Part shown: piece after piece, positions 1 to 13,500 of the stretch
Position numbering within the stretch: position 1 is the stretch's first letter
Layout of the letters: every line of letters begins with the position of its first letter
From: Antedon mediterranea
Taxonomy: Eukaryota; Animalia; Echinodermata
Assembly: GCF_964355755.1 (NCBI RefSeq)
Contig: NC_092670.1
Coordinates: 6,748,201 to 6,812,200 of the forward strand
DNA: 64,000 bases
Reading direction: 5' to 3'
Notes under the pieces: model-generated
What the model saw: only the letters and a program-made list of their open reading frames with translations
Told to the model about the DNA's origin: nothing
Databases searched by the model: none
Program-made: the position numbers and the translations under genes

Positions 1-257
1 CTGCCGTGGCTACAACCCCGGGTGTTTCAAACTCTAAATTTGACGATCTCGTACGTGCGTATAGAACGTTCATAAAAATTAAGATGGCGTGCCAGTTGGT
101 CGGCCATTTTGCGGACGTTTTATACCAAAATTTAATTTGTTTATTTCTCAATTTCTACTAGGTATTTGAATCTAATTTTTTGTGTGCTGTTTATTAACAT
201 TAAAAGGATTCATACAAAGTCCTTTTTGTGAAATTTTAAAATCCTTTCATATCCATT
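1..257. mobile_element. Probable right end of a non-autonomous DNA transposon (Kolobok-like) inserted at TTAA into the minus-strand LINE
   Basis: LINE RT homology stops exactly at TTAA 258-261; the adjoining end reads AATGGATATGAAAGG inward (RR start, as in Kolobok). The other end is outside the window, so TIR and TSD are unverified. Confidence 0.35.
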
Positions 258-2171
258 TTAAGCCAATATTGTTAAGTTTCTTAATCAGACGATTATGGGG
301 TACTTTATCAAAAGCAGATGAAAAATCTAAGAAAATTACATCTACTTGCTTACAATTTTTTGCATCTAAACTTTGAGCCCATGAATGAAACGCCTTAGTG
401 AGTAACAATTCCGTACTATAAGCATGTCTAAAACCAAACTGATTATCTGATAATATACTATTAGCCTCTAAGAAATTATTGATTCGGGTACACACAAGTT
501 TCTCCATAATTTTACAAACAATTGGTGTTAAAGACACAGGTCTGTAACTCTTAAAATCACCTTTAGGTTTTCCATGCTTTTTGAAAACAGGTACAACATT
601 AGCAGTTTTCCACTGTTTTGGTAAAATGCCTTTTTCTAAAGATAAGTTAAAAAAGTCGCACAACAATCGTGCTAGTTCTACCCTACAAACTTTTAGAAAT
701 ATGGGAAGTAAATTATCAGGTCCTGGAGATTTTGAAACAATTAAATAGTTTAATGCCTGATAAACTTCCATCACATTAAATTTCTTAAGTTCCATATAAT
801 GCTGAGGGATAATATCAGAGTTGCAGAGCAAGTCATCATTACCACCATCATCATTATTACTGAAATTACTAGAAAATTGATCATTAAACAAATTTGCTAT
901 CTCTCTAGCATCTGTTACTATAGCATCATTAATCTTAAAACTTATAACTTGTGAATCTTGTCTAATTGCCCTAATATATGCCCAAAATTGCTTTATATTT
1001 GAAGTAGCCTTATTTGAGATGTCTAGAACATAATTTCTGTGACTACAATATATGGCTTTTTTCAGTTCCTTACTACAACACTTAAATCTATCTGTAGCTT
1101 CATTTGTTTTTAAAATCTTAGCCTTCCTATATAATTTTCTTTTCTTTGTACAAAGTTTCTTAATTTCTGTAGTAATCCATGGAAATGATTTAGTCTTATT
1201 TCTTTTCTTAATAGGCACAGATTCAGAAATAGCCTTGTTTATATTGTTCATTATACTATCCCAAATATTATTAATATTTTCAAACATAAAACAATTTTCC
1301 CAATTAAAATTAATTAATATGCTTTTCATCTTTTCAAAATCTGCATTTTTTAGTGCATATACAGTTTTTGTTATAACTTTGTCACGTTGTTTTGATATCC
1401 TTAGACATATCTCAATTGCCTCATGATCACATGAGTCAAAATTGATAATAATTTGACATTTATCAATTAAAAGTGGATTACTAACAAAAGCCAAGTCCAA
1501 AAAGTGCCCATCCCCATTTCGTGTTACATAAGAAGGCTGATCTATTATTTGCACTAGTCCAGTTGCCATTGTTCCTTCTACCAAGCTTCCTGCTTGGGCG
1601 GATAAACCATTGTTCACATTCAAACAATTCCAATCAACATGAATATTAAAGTCGCCTATGAGTAATACCTGTTTGTAATCAACAACTTTTGCTTGAACTT
1701 TATCTAGATTATCAATAAAGGAATTTAAATATTGAACATATAAAACACTCCTAATAAAATTTTACCTATATTACTATGACATTCTATCCAAATCATTTCA
1801 AGTGTATCAACATTGAGATCTGTGCATAAAGATGGATTTAAACATGTTTTACAAGCAATTAAAACCCCCCCTCCATGAGAATTTCTATCCTTTCTAAAAA
1901 TGGTATAATCATTGTTTAAAAGCTGACTATCATATACTGTGCTATCGAGCCATGTCTCTGATATAGCAATGACGTCATGAGACGAAGAAGAAAATCTAAC
2001 ATTGAAATCTAATAATTTGTTTTTCACACTTCTTATATTACAATAGAATAAACTTAACATTTTACTTGATTTTGTGTTACCTGAATTTACTATATTACTG
2101 CTATTATTACTAGAATCATTGTTTATATTAATTTCATTTAATGTTATGTCATTATCATCAGCACTCTTCAT
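258..2171 (-). pseudogene. LINE ORF2 (AP endonuclease plus partial reverse transcriptase), frameshifted and interrupted
   Basis: ORFs 1725-2171 and 247-1623 are consecutive parts of an APE-RT protein; the GDFN segment lies between them in the second frame. Confidence 0.9.
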
Positions 2172-2213
2172 CTTAGCTACATTTATTACGGCTTCATCTA
2201 CTTTGCCATTTTT

Positions 2214-2870
2214 TCAGTGTTCAACTTGGCAAAATTTCGCTTTGTGTCCTACTTGTTTACAAACCCAACACACAACTGCTTTTCCATGTCTGCAAACTCG
2301 TCGTACATGTCCACTCTCACCACAGAAATGACAATTTGCTACAGGCATGCTTTGATGATCTCTAGTGTGCGTGCTTCCAGTTCTTCTGTTTTTCTTTGGT
2401 GATATTATTGACAGTACATTATTAATACTCTTAACCAAGGCTGATGTACCCCTCAAGTTAAGATGTAAACCATGACTTGTAAACTTTGATGAATCCACTC
2501 CATATCGTGTAGTGAAAGCTCGGCTGTGATCAATAACAATGTTACCGAAAGAATATTTGAGCATTTCATTTACGTCAAATACGCGTCTGTTTAATGAAAG
2601 ATCATCAAGTCTCGGGCAAATCGCTGAGATGAAAACCTCGCCTGTTATCCTCATTTTAAGCCTTGATATCATATCAGTGTAGTCGTTCTTTAGCCTATCC
2701 AAGTCAAAGTTGATATCGCAACAGTCATTTGTTCCAGCATGAATGACAACATTTTCTACATTGGTCAGATCGATCTCACATAATGTATAGTTAACTTGTT
2801 CCACAGTTGCTCCTCTTAATGTTCTCACAGATGTTTCACATAGACCATTTGTCTTAATATGCTTCAGCAT
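2214..2870 (-). pseudogene. LINE ORF1 C-terminal part: SGNH/GDSL esterase-like domain plus two CCHC zinc knuckles
   Basis: RGA, HAGTND and GLHLN blocks; upstream codons read NVLIICTTML where GDS is expected; CHFCGESGHVRRVC and CWVCKQVGHKAKFC. Confidence 0.8.
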
Positions 2871-2930
2871 AGTTGTACATATTATTAGAACATTGCATTA
2901 TGATGAAAGATACTCATTATATTTCTTCCA

Positions 2931-4148
2931 TAATAGAGTCTAATGAGAAGTCAATAACTTGTGGAGTACCACAAGGGTCGGTCTTAGGACCTACATTGTT
3001 TCTTATTTATGTAAATGATATTGTAAACTCTTCTGATTTCTTTGATACACGATTATTTGCAGATGATACTAGTTTATTTTGTTCTTTTAATCCACATGAA
3101 ATTGTTGACCTATCAAATGTAAATGAGCAGTTGAAACATATAGTAGATTGGTGTGATGTTAATAAGTTGACAATTAATTCTAAAAAGACAAATTATATTA
3201 TATTTCGTAATCAGCATACAATAATTGAAGTAAAGGGGGATATATACATAAAGGAATCAAAATTAGATGAAGTTGAAGCTACAACTTACATTGGGGTAGA
3301 TATAGATAATAGACTTACATGGAAAGTGCATTCTAATAAGGTTAATACAATTATTAGTTCTAAGGCTGGTTTATTGTACAAACTTAAATATGTTGTACCC
3401 CAATCAATTTTGGTGCTTTTATATAATTGTTTTATTTTGCCTCATATTTCATTTGCATTAGAAGCTTGGGGTAACACTTATAAAACTCATTTAAAACCAG
3501 TATATTTAACACAAAAACGTGTTATACGCACATTGACTTATTCTGATAGACTAGCACCAACATCATTATTATTCAAAGAACTTAAAATTTTAAATATTTA
3601 TCAGCAGCATCAGTATTTAATTACTTTATTTGTTTATGATAGTTTACATGGTAAATTTCCAGATACAACTCCTAAATATTTTTTGTATATTCATTTTCGT
3701 TATTCATCAAGGTCTCAGACTAGAGAAAAGTTGTATGTACCAAAATATAGAACAAACATAGGACAACATTCCATCAAGTATTCTGGTGCAAAGCTCTGGA
3801 ATGAAATCCCGGATGATTTAAGGTTTCTAACAAAAGCAAATTCAAAAAAGAAATGAAAACATACTATTTGTTTGTATAGTGATATGTATTTATTTTATAA
3901 GAGAATTATATTGTATATATTTGAGAGAGAAAGTGTATTTAAAAAAAAAAATGTTTATGTATATTAATTTTATTTTAGACAAGTAGCCCTAATTTATTTA
4001 TATAACTATTTATACTTCAATGTTTAGGGGCTGAACTTGATTAGTTTTAACTATGTTTTGGCCCTTCCCTTGATATAATTATTATTATTTGTATATTATT
4101 ACAATGTTTATAATTTATATTTATGGGTAAATAAAGAAAGAAAGAAAG
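2931..4148 (+). mobile_element. 5'-truncated L2/Crack/CR1-group LINE (C-terminal RT, 3' UTR, (AAAG)n tail)
   Basis: GVPQGSVLGP and LFADDT motifs in ORF ending 3856; AATAAA followed by GAAAGAAAGAAAG at about 4129-4148. Confidence 0.9.
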
Positions 4149-4279
4149 GATAATACTGAGGAAGTTTATCTGTCATTAATTGATTATAATCTATTTATTG
4201 AACTGCTGTTTTCTCATAGAACAATTTCTTTATTTTGACAGTACTGGTAACATACATTTATAAATATTGTATCCCACAG

Positions 4280-4534
4280 ATGAACAAGCTCCAGATTTTA
4301 CAGACTGTCCAATGGATATGATTGTTAACACAACAAATGGTGAGACATTTGCCATCAATGTCACATGGATGGAACCGACAGCTACTGATAACTCTGGAGA
4401 GACTCCTGTACCAGTAGCAGACTACACTTCTGGTGATAATCAGTTTGCAATTGGTGACACAAAGGTTCAGTACAATGTCTCAGATTCAGCTGGTAACTTC
4501 AATGATAGCTGCAGTTTTGTTATCACTGTTGAAG
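4280..4534 (+). CDS. aGPCR HYR exon 1
   Basis: Phase 1-1, 255 nt, DEQAP..CP..W.EP.ATDNSG..F.IG..C.F.ITV. Confidence 0.9.
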
Positions 4535-7500
4535 GTAAGACTGTACCTCATTGGAGGAAATTAAACTCACACCATTACATTTACAGAAACGGATCCGACG
4601 CCATTGTTTCATTACATTCATAGTGTTTTAATGATAATATTGTAAATGTATACATTTTGTTTCTGATTTATTGAATACATAATATATTATTTTTAAGACA
4701 CTGAGCCTCCTAAATACATTGGATGTCCTACCGATTCAATAATAGTCATGAACCCTGTTGGAATGGCAAATAGATCCGTTTCTTGGATAGAACCCATATC
4801 CACTGATAATGTTGGAATCTTCAATGAAACATCCAGTCATATACCTGGTGATATATTTGAAATTGGCACAGTTACAGTGACTTACACAGCATTTGATACT
4901 GCAGGATTAAAAACAACTTGTGTATTTGAAGTAACAGTTCAAGGTATTTGTTTTTTACAAGTAATTAAGCACTTTTTAATTCTTTCTCTTTCAAGACGCT
5001 TATTTTATTGGGAAGCAGTAAGTAGAGTGAACACATTCACTTTAGGTTTTGAAAAAAAAAAACAATACATTAACAGTACGTTTTTAGTGCATTTAACCAG
5101 ATTAATTTATGTTTATTCAGAAGCTTGATAACATGTGAAGACTAACTATCTTCAATGAATCTCAATATTTATAAGTTGTAAGAAGTAAGCTCAATACTAC
5201 AACAAATAAGGGAGGAGTAGTACTTTATAAATCGCACTTTTTGCTCAATAGTGTCGGATGGAAGAGAAGGATATGAGAGAGTCCTAGAAGTAACTTTATT
5301 GAACATCGCTTTCAGATCGAAGACACATGTTATTAAAATGACGGTGCATTTCTAAATAAACATTACAAAAAGCCAATTATTTATTTTAAATAAAATACAA
5401 AAAACATTATTCCTAACAAAATTGGAAAACAATTAGAACAATAAGACAATTTTATTAGCAATGCTGTTCCAAGGGAAACGTAACCTCCATTATTAAATCA
5501 TAATTACATATTTGGTTTCTATGGATAATTCCCTAATTTAACCGATGTTGCGTGTAGGTTTACCCAAATACTAGGCCAAGTTGAAGTAGCCGTCTACAAC
5601 ATCCGTCTGAACTTTTCAATGTCCCCTAGCTTTTGGATATTAAAAAGATCAAGCGACCAAACGACCCAATTCAGCCCAAAAATCTTCACTCTTACCCTAA
5701 GGCTCGTAGGTTCCACAACTCTTTATATCGTCTGGTTTAGTGTTAGATTGTTCTTTTATTGTCTGCGTGTCGTCAGATTTTGTATCATTGCGCCGTAGGG
5801 CAGACGATGATGAACGGGTGGTCAGATTTTCGAGCTTACCAAATGTTTTATAGGAATAATGGAACATCTTCTAATCACCACCACTACCAGTGTGGTCAGT
5901 TAGTCTCGAATTTGCTAGATTCGCAGGTAGGCTTTCGTTTATCAACCTTTTAATTCCTAATTTATTAATACCATTTTTTGTATTTTATTGTAAATTATAT
6001 AAAGTACTGAACTATCTGTTCATCCTTCAACGTTATTCCCACTGTCTTGGTACATGAATTAGGTTTTTTTCTTAGCAAGTGTTTTTTTTCCTGATCTTCA
6101 GTTTCACATCATGAAGGGATTTTCCTTCTTCTATTTACGTCTTTTCTGAAGATTTTTGAATTTGTAGATTCTTTTATATATTCTTGTCGGGTTTCACATC
6201 ATTAAATTAAAACAAAAAATGATGTAGATTTCCTCTATTTCGACGAAATCGTGTTACTATGGTAGTTAAGAACAAACTATAAAATATCATTGTAGATATT
6301 TTTAACTTTCTTGAAAAAAGAAAACTATTAGGTAAAGATAAAGAAAAGAAATAGGAATTTTTTCTTTTATTTTTATATTTATAGTAGGGCCTAAAATAAT
6401 TGTCCAAGAAAATCAGACATTTATAATGACCGAGTACAATCGGAATACACGATAGGCCTATATTGATCATTTCTGGTATATTATCGTTGTATTCGTCAAT
6501 GTATTAATTAAAGGCTTATTTCTTGTTAAGGCAAAGCGTTTTCTATGTCTCTATATTATCTAGGTTTATTTGTGGATGATCGTTCCTCATCAATTCATCG
6601 TTAAGTTTACTATCTTCCTTGCTGAGTGGGTGTCGTCGTCGCTAAATTACTTTGTGGGTTTATTTTTCTTTCCGTATTTTGTCTAAAGTGTATGGGCGTC
6701 TTTCTTTCATTATTTTTTAGAAGCAAATATTATATTTATACTTTGATATGATATATGATATTATTAATCACACGTGATATATTTAGTAACAGTACTGTAA
6801 CTAATTTTAACATCTCATCGTCTATAGTAATGTTTCTATAAATTCCTCTTCTAATACATTGAGAGTTGATTAAAGAGGAAGGATCGAATACGAGGAATCA
6901 TACGAACACTCCTATTGTCAGACCTTGGTAGAAGGATGGTACATACAGGCCTACACCTACGCGCCTCCTGAAGGTGAAACAGAAAGAGAAAACGATAAAT
7001 CGAGGCGCGCAAATATTAATATTAAACCATTATACGATAAACAATGCGATCATAAGAACGGATCGATCACCCCTTATTTGTGTTTGCTATAAAACACGAA
7101 AACACTTTAGTGAGATCCAACTTACCCACTATACTGTGTTGTGAGAGCATGCATTGGGTCCAAATATAATTAGTAACTTCTTATACTTGGCTCCGTAATT
7201 ATATAGGCCTACACATAATATATTCCAATAATATAGTTTCTTCTGTACATGTACAGGATACGCAAAGTTCCTTGAGTTAACAAACAACGGTAAGTAAAAC
7301 AAATACGTCCTGCTTGTTCGACGGTCGGTAGTTGAGAGAGAGAGAGACAAAGAATAAAAAAGGTTTGCATGCCGTTCGTTACACCTGCTAACACATATGC
7401 AAATTGCCTCTACATCAGCTCCCCTCTAGATCGCAAATGAAATGTTAGCGAGCGATGAAAAAAAAATGATTCTAGTATAAAACTTCCAACACAATAAACT

Positions 7501-10500
7501 AACAGAATTTCTTCAACCGCAATCATAATCTGCAAGCTTACGTGGCCAGTGTACATGTCGTCCGCTACGCGTTTGCCGTGGCGGAGGTGCGACTGGAATA
7601 GCACTTGCGGTTGGGGAAAGCCCTGCTTCCGGTTGCCTTGACGATTCTGGAAAGTTGTTAATAGCTTTACCATTATTTACAAAGGCGACTTTTAGTCTGT
7701 CCAAACTAACAGTTTCATGTTTACCTGCGATGCTCAAAACAAAGTATTTGTCAGTTCTGTTTAAAACTTTAAATGGCCCATTGTAAGGAGACTGAAGAGG
7801 TTTCTTTACGCTATCGCAACGAACAAACACGTGAGTACATTCACGCAAATCGTCGTGGATTTGTGCGGTGCGTTGATTCGCTCGTGTTGGCACTGGTTGA
7901 ATATTCTGCATGTGTCTTTGCAATCTATGTACGTAATTCGCAGGCTCATGTGAGGCGATATCAGTAGGCGCGACAAACTGCCTTGGAAGTTTCAGGGTTG
8001 CTCCATACACCAGTTCCGATGAAGAACAGCCTAAATCAACTTTGACCGCTGTCCGGAGACGACCCAGAAGAACTAAAGGTAAAGTTTCACTCCACTTCTG
8101 AGGATCATCTTGAGCCTTAAGCGAAACCTTTAATTGGCGGTGAAAACGTTCAACTAATCCATTTGACATAGGATGGTAAGATGTTGTTCGAATGCGTTTT
8201 GTGCCCAACATGTTAGATAGGGCGGTGAATAGTGCCGATTCGAACTGACGACCACGGTCTGTAGTGATGGTGGATGGCGCACCGAATCTGGATACCCAAA
8301 CAGTGACAAACGCTTTGGCTACAGTTTCAGCGGTAATATTGGTGATTGATATGGCCATCTTGTAAAGCGATCGATACATGTAAGTAGGTAAGTATAACCA
8401 TCCGATACAGGTAGTGGTCCTACCAAGTCTATGTGGACGTGGTCGAATCTTATGTCGGGCGTCGCAAACGTACCTAATGGTGTCACAGTGTGGCGATGAA
8501 CCTTATTCTTCTGGCATTTTAAACAACACTTAGCCCATGTCCGCAAATCACTGTTCATACCAGGCCAAACATACCGTGAAGCGATTAATTTTAGTGAAGC
8601 TCGAATCCCTGGATGAGAAAGTGAATGCAAAGAGTCAAACACTAACCTACGCATACCTTTGGGCACGAATGGTCTATGATTACCAGTGGTGACATCGCAT
8701 ACAATAGTACCGCCGCTAGTCGCTGTCGGTACGTCTCTCAACTTGAAAACAGACTTATGCTGATGTTCGAGCAACTCCGCATCTTTTTGCTGGTGCCTAG
8801 CCATGACGTCATAATCAATAGAAAGCTCCGATGAAGCTGACACTGCATTCAAGTCCATACGTGACAGTGCGTCTGCTACGGTATTCTCGCTACCTTTGAC
8901 GTGTCGAATGTCCGTGGTAAACTGTGAGATGTAGTCTAAGTGACGTATCTCTCGCGGCGAATATCGATCTGCGCTGGAACGTAATGCGTGTGTTAAAGGT
9001 TTATGGTCAGTTAAGATATAAAATGTTCTAGCTTCTAGAACGTGGCGAAAATGCTTAACTGCAAGATAGGTAGCTAGTAATTCCCGTCCAAAAGTACTAT
9101 ATCTCCTTTCCACCGGATTTAGACGTCGGGAAAAAAATGCAAGTGGATGCCAAATCCCTGCTACCATTTGTTGCAACACACCACCTACAGCGCAATTGGA
9201 CGCATCTACCATTAAACACAATGCAGCGTCAGGATGTGGATGTTCTAGAAGAGTTGATTCGACGAGTGCATACTTGACCTTGTTGAACGATTCAATTTCC
9301 GTCGGAGATAGTTCAATCGCCTTTTTAGGTTTACCGACAAGTAAATCAGTTAATGGATGAATCAAATCCGAACATCTAGGTATAAACCGTCTGTAGAAAT
9401 TAATTAATCCCAGAAACTCACGTAATTTACGCACAGTATCTGGTACTGGAAACTGTTCAATCGCCTCAACCTTGGAACGCAATGGCTGTATCCCAAACTC
9501 GTTAATTTGATGACCTAAAAATTGTAGTGAAGACACACCCCATACACACTTGGGACGGATTAACAATAATACCAAATTCATCGAGACGTTTAAAAAGTGC
9601 CTGAAGATGCAATTCATGTTCAGCAGTATCCATGCTGGCAATAAGTAAGTCATCAATGTAAGCATACACGAAATTCATACCCCGCAACACCTGGTCAATA
9701 AAACGCTGAAATGACTGTGCCGCATTTTGAAGACCAAATGGCATTCTTAAGAACTCGAACATGCCAAACGGCGTAGTAATAGCGGTTTTTGAAATGTCTT
9801 TAGGATCGACGGGTATTTGATGATATGCACGTACCAAATCTATCTTAGAAAAAATCTTGTAACCCGAGAGAGTCGCGGTAAAGTCATGAATGTGAGGGAT
9901 GGGGTACATATCTGGAACAGTCACATTATTTAACGCTCGGTAGTCCCCACATGGCCTCCAATCACCTTTAGGCACCATGTGTAGCGGCTACGACCAGTTA
10001 CTATCTGAGGGCCGTATAATTCCTAATTGTAACATATGATCAAATTCAGCCCGTGCAATTTTCAATTTCTCAGAAGACAATCGGCGAGGTCTGGCACAAA
10101 CTGGCAACCCATTTGTATTTATCTGATGTGTAACGTTATGTTTCACGCTTCCATTACGAAAACATGGTTTGGTAATCGTTTTATATTTGTTTAATACTTC
10201 CTGAAAACGAGGATTTACTTTTGGGGTCGGAAAGACCGGACTAAGTGATGCTAGGGTACATTCTATTCCCTTGACACTAATACTAGTAGTAGCATCGAAA
10301 AGTTGGCGATTTTTTAAGTCCACAATTAAACCAAAACGTCGTAAAAAATCGGCCCCAATAATCGCATTAGGCACATCAGCAACAGTAAATATCCACCTAT
10401 ACGTGCGTCGAAATCCAAAATCAACTGTTAAGGAACGCTCCCCATAAGTAGATATTGTAGATTTGTTTACTGCTTGCAATACAAAGTCAGTTTTTCGGTG

Positions 10501-13500
10501 CAACTTGTCTGTTATTGATGGAGGTAACACGCTAACCTCCGCTCCAGTGTCAACTAAGAATCTGAGTCCCGAAGTACGATCAGAAATAAAAAATAGACGA
10601 CTACCTTCACCAACGCCAGCAGCTGTCGCCGTCTCTAGTCGCTGGCTTGGTCGTTTCCCGCCTTCTGTGAGGAAAAAGAGCATGGTGAATTACATTTATG
10701 TGCCTTGTTACCATATCGATGATGATACCAGCATAAACCATCATTAGATGTAGCAGAGGGCGAGCATTTTCGGCTTTCACGTTGTTTACTACGGCTTCTG
10801 CCTCTGACTTGTTTCGCCAAGGAAGAAACGAGGTTGGTCAACTTACTAACCTCAGCTCTCAATTCCCGTAATTCGTCTGACGTTGCGCGTGCACCCGTAT
10901 CCTTAATTGTCGTGGCAATAGTAGGTGGTGGTGGAGAAACTTCCAAAATTTTATCGGCCAACGCTGCCAGATCTGAAAGGTCCATATCCTCACGGGTGGA
11001 CGCTAATATCAATTGAACATTAGTAGGCAATCTTTGCACAAACAACTGTTTCAGGATGGATGTCTCTAAATCACGATCCCCCAGCAATTGGTACATCTTG
11101 CGTAGTAACTGACTAAGCTTGCGATCACCTAATTCTTCCGTTGTTAACAACTGATGAAGACGCTTTTGCTCCGACACGGATGTCCTTTTAACCAGTTCCG
11201 ATTTCAAATGGGTATATGGTCTCTGGTATGGAGGGCTTAGCAATAAATCCCGAACCTCCTGTGCGATATTAGGCGGCAAAGAAGCAATTATATACGAATA
11301 CTTTGTTTCCTCAGCCGTAATTCCTCTGGTAACAAACTGAGCCTCCACTTGCGCAAACCAAATAAGTGGGTCATTCGGCCAAAATGGCGGCAATTTTAAA
11401 CTTACAGCAGCCGCCACAGGTGGTGCCTCATCCATTCTAGCGGCCATTTTGATCGGTGTAGCTCTTCCCGGAGAGGGTCTCGCCATAATTCCATTCACGT
11501 ATCAAACAACGACAACTCAAAGTAATCTTGCAACAACGACGAAGAAAAATATTTAAATATTCCAAGCACTCTCGTTAGATCACGTCGGGGTCACCACTTT
11601 AGTGAGATCCAACTTACCCACTATACTGTGTTGTGAGAGCATGCATTGGGTCCAAATATAATTAGTAACTTCTTATACTTGGCTCCGTAATTATATACAC
11701 ATAATATATTCCAATAATATAGTTTCTTCTGTATATGTACAGGATACGCAAAGTTCCTTGAGTTAACAAACAACGGTAAGTAAAACAAATACGTCCTGCT
11801 TGTTCGACGGTCGGTAGTTGAGAGAGAGAGACAAAGAATAAAAAAGGTTTGCATGCCGTTCGTTACACCTGCTAACACATATGCAAATTGCCTCTACAAC
11901 ACTATGGGAAAAAGATTTATATATTAAGCTGATTCATTATTTGCTTTAGATCTTACCATAATTCGTAAATCATATTTGTTGACAATTTCAGTGATAGCTG
12001 TATTTATATTCGTTAGGTTTTGTAATTAAACATTGTACTATTTCCCACGGGTAAGCTCACAGTTTGTACACTGATAATACAAAGTGTGATATTTCAAATT
12101 TTGGAGACAACACAGTACGAACACTCGGGATTAGTACATATTTATTTAAGCAGTCTATTTTTAATATTTTTCGCCTTAGAAGTCACCTTGTACAACCCGT
12201 TTGGCCATGTATCCTCAATCACACAGGATTGAAATCACCGTAGGAAGTTGTACTAAAAATAAAGGCGGAATTGCGCACGAGTTTACATATTTTCACCTTG
12301 TAAAAGACAGATACCACCAACCAGGGTGTGATACGCAGCAGTCAGTATTTGTGTTTATCAATGAATGTGTTGACAAATATGGTTTGAACGCCATAACATC
12401 GGATCCCCGATCAAATTCATTTCTATACAAAAAACCCTAACCCTAACCCTCTGCTATGCCTACTTCATATATTTACCCTACTATTACCACCTACTTTCAT
12501 TCTTTCTAAATCCTATTATTAACCAATAATACCGCCATAATGTTGACATGTATGACACGTCCTACAAATTCCCTTGTCAAAGAATAGTCTGGCAAAGAAA
12601 ACGCGCGTGAAACATTGAAACAAAAATTATACGTAGTCTAATATGTATTAATTGTAGAATAACAATTTTTTGTGGAATATATAGATACAGAAGATCCTGT
12701 GTTTATCAACTGCCCAATGTCTCCAATAGAAGTAGTCACTGATGAAGGCTTTGCATATGCCAACGTGTCATGGGATGACCCCCAACCTATGGACAATTCT
12801 GGCATGTTAACAGTTACTCAAGTGAATTATCCTGGTGATAGTTTTTATGTTGGAACTCATTCTGTTAACATAACAGCTAAAGATGAAGATGGTAACATTG
12901 GTATCTGCACTTTTGTGATAAGTGTCAAAGGTAATACTGCTACTGTGTACATCTTTTGTAAATAAGGATGAAGCATATTGTAGCCAACGGAACATCCCAT
13001 TTGAAGATCCTGTAACTGTTTTGTTTAACCGGTGGTTTGTAATTACAAACACCACATTTTAGCAGATGTGTGTGTGTGCGTGTGTTTATAGAGACAGGAC
13101 CATCAGCGCAACCTCACATACAACCATTGATAGTAAAGTAATAATCTTCCCAAGAACACAATATTATAAAACAGTTCATAAACTTAACCTTTTCAGATGT
13201 CATTTCCTTTCTTTCAGATGAAGAAGATCCTGTACTAACTGACTGTCCAATGGACATTATTCTGAATACTACAAGAATGCTTTCATATGCTAATGCTACT
13301 TGGATGAGTCCAAATGCTACAGATAATTCAGGCAATGTTACCTTAGTTTCTACACATGTACCTGGTGATGGCTTTGCAGTAACAACAACTGAAGTTACTT
13401 ACACAGCAACTGATCCGTATGGAAACGAAGACATGTGTACATTCAATGTTACTGTAATTGGTAAGAATAGCATTTAATTTTTAATAAACAATTACTATAA

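Larger units (their letters stand above)
258..2930 (-). mobile_element. CR1-group LINE fragment (partial ORF1, APE, N-terminal half of RT), degenerate
   Basis: ORF1 2214-2870; APE motifs YCNIRS, SETWL, GGGV, GDFN, DH; RT motifs PGPD, YRPVSL, QFGFR, FLDFSSAFDKV; frameshift/deletion near 1730. Confidence 0.92.
7107..11898 (-). mobile_element. Full-length Ty3/Gypsy LTR retrotransposon (Mag-like), intronic and antisense to host gene
   Basis: Two LTRs, TSD ACACT (7102-7106 and 11899-11903), tRNA-Trp PBS, PPT, gag then PR-RT-RH-IN order. Confidence 0.96.

Noticed and set aside
7129-7394. Short ORFs repeated at 11621-11878
   Set aside because: Chance ORFs within the two LTRs; frame differs between copies.
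11579-11596. tRNA-Trp gene
   Set aside because: Only the 3' 18 nt including CCA are present; it is the retrotransposon PBS.
12433-12450. Interstitial telomere or chromosome fusion site
   Set aside because: Only three units; such short tracts are common inside transposons.
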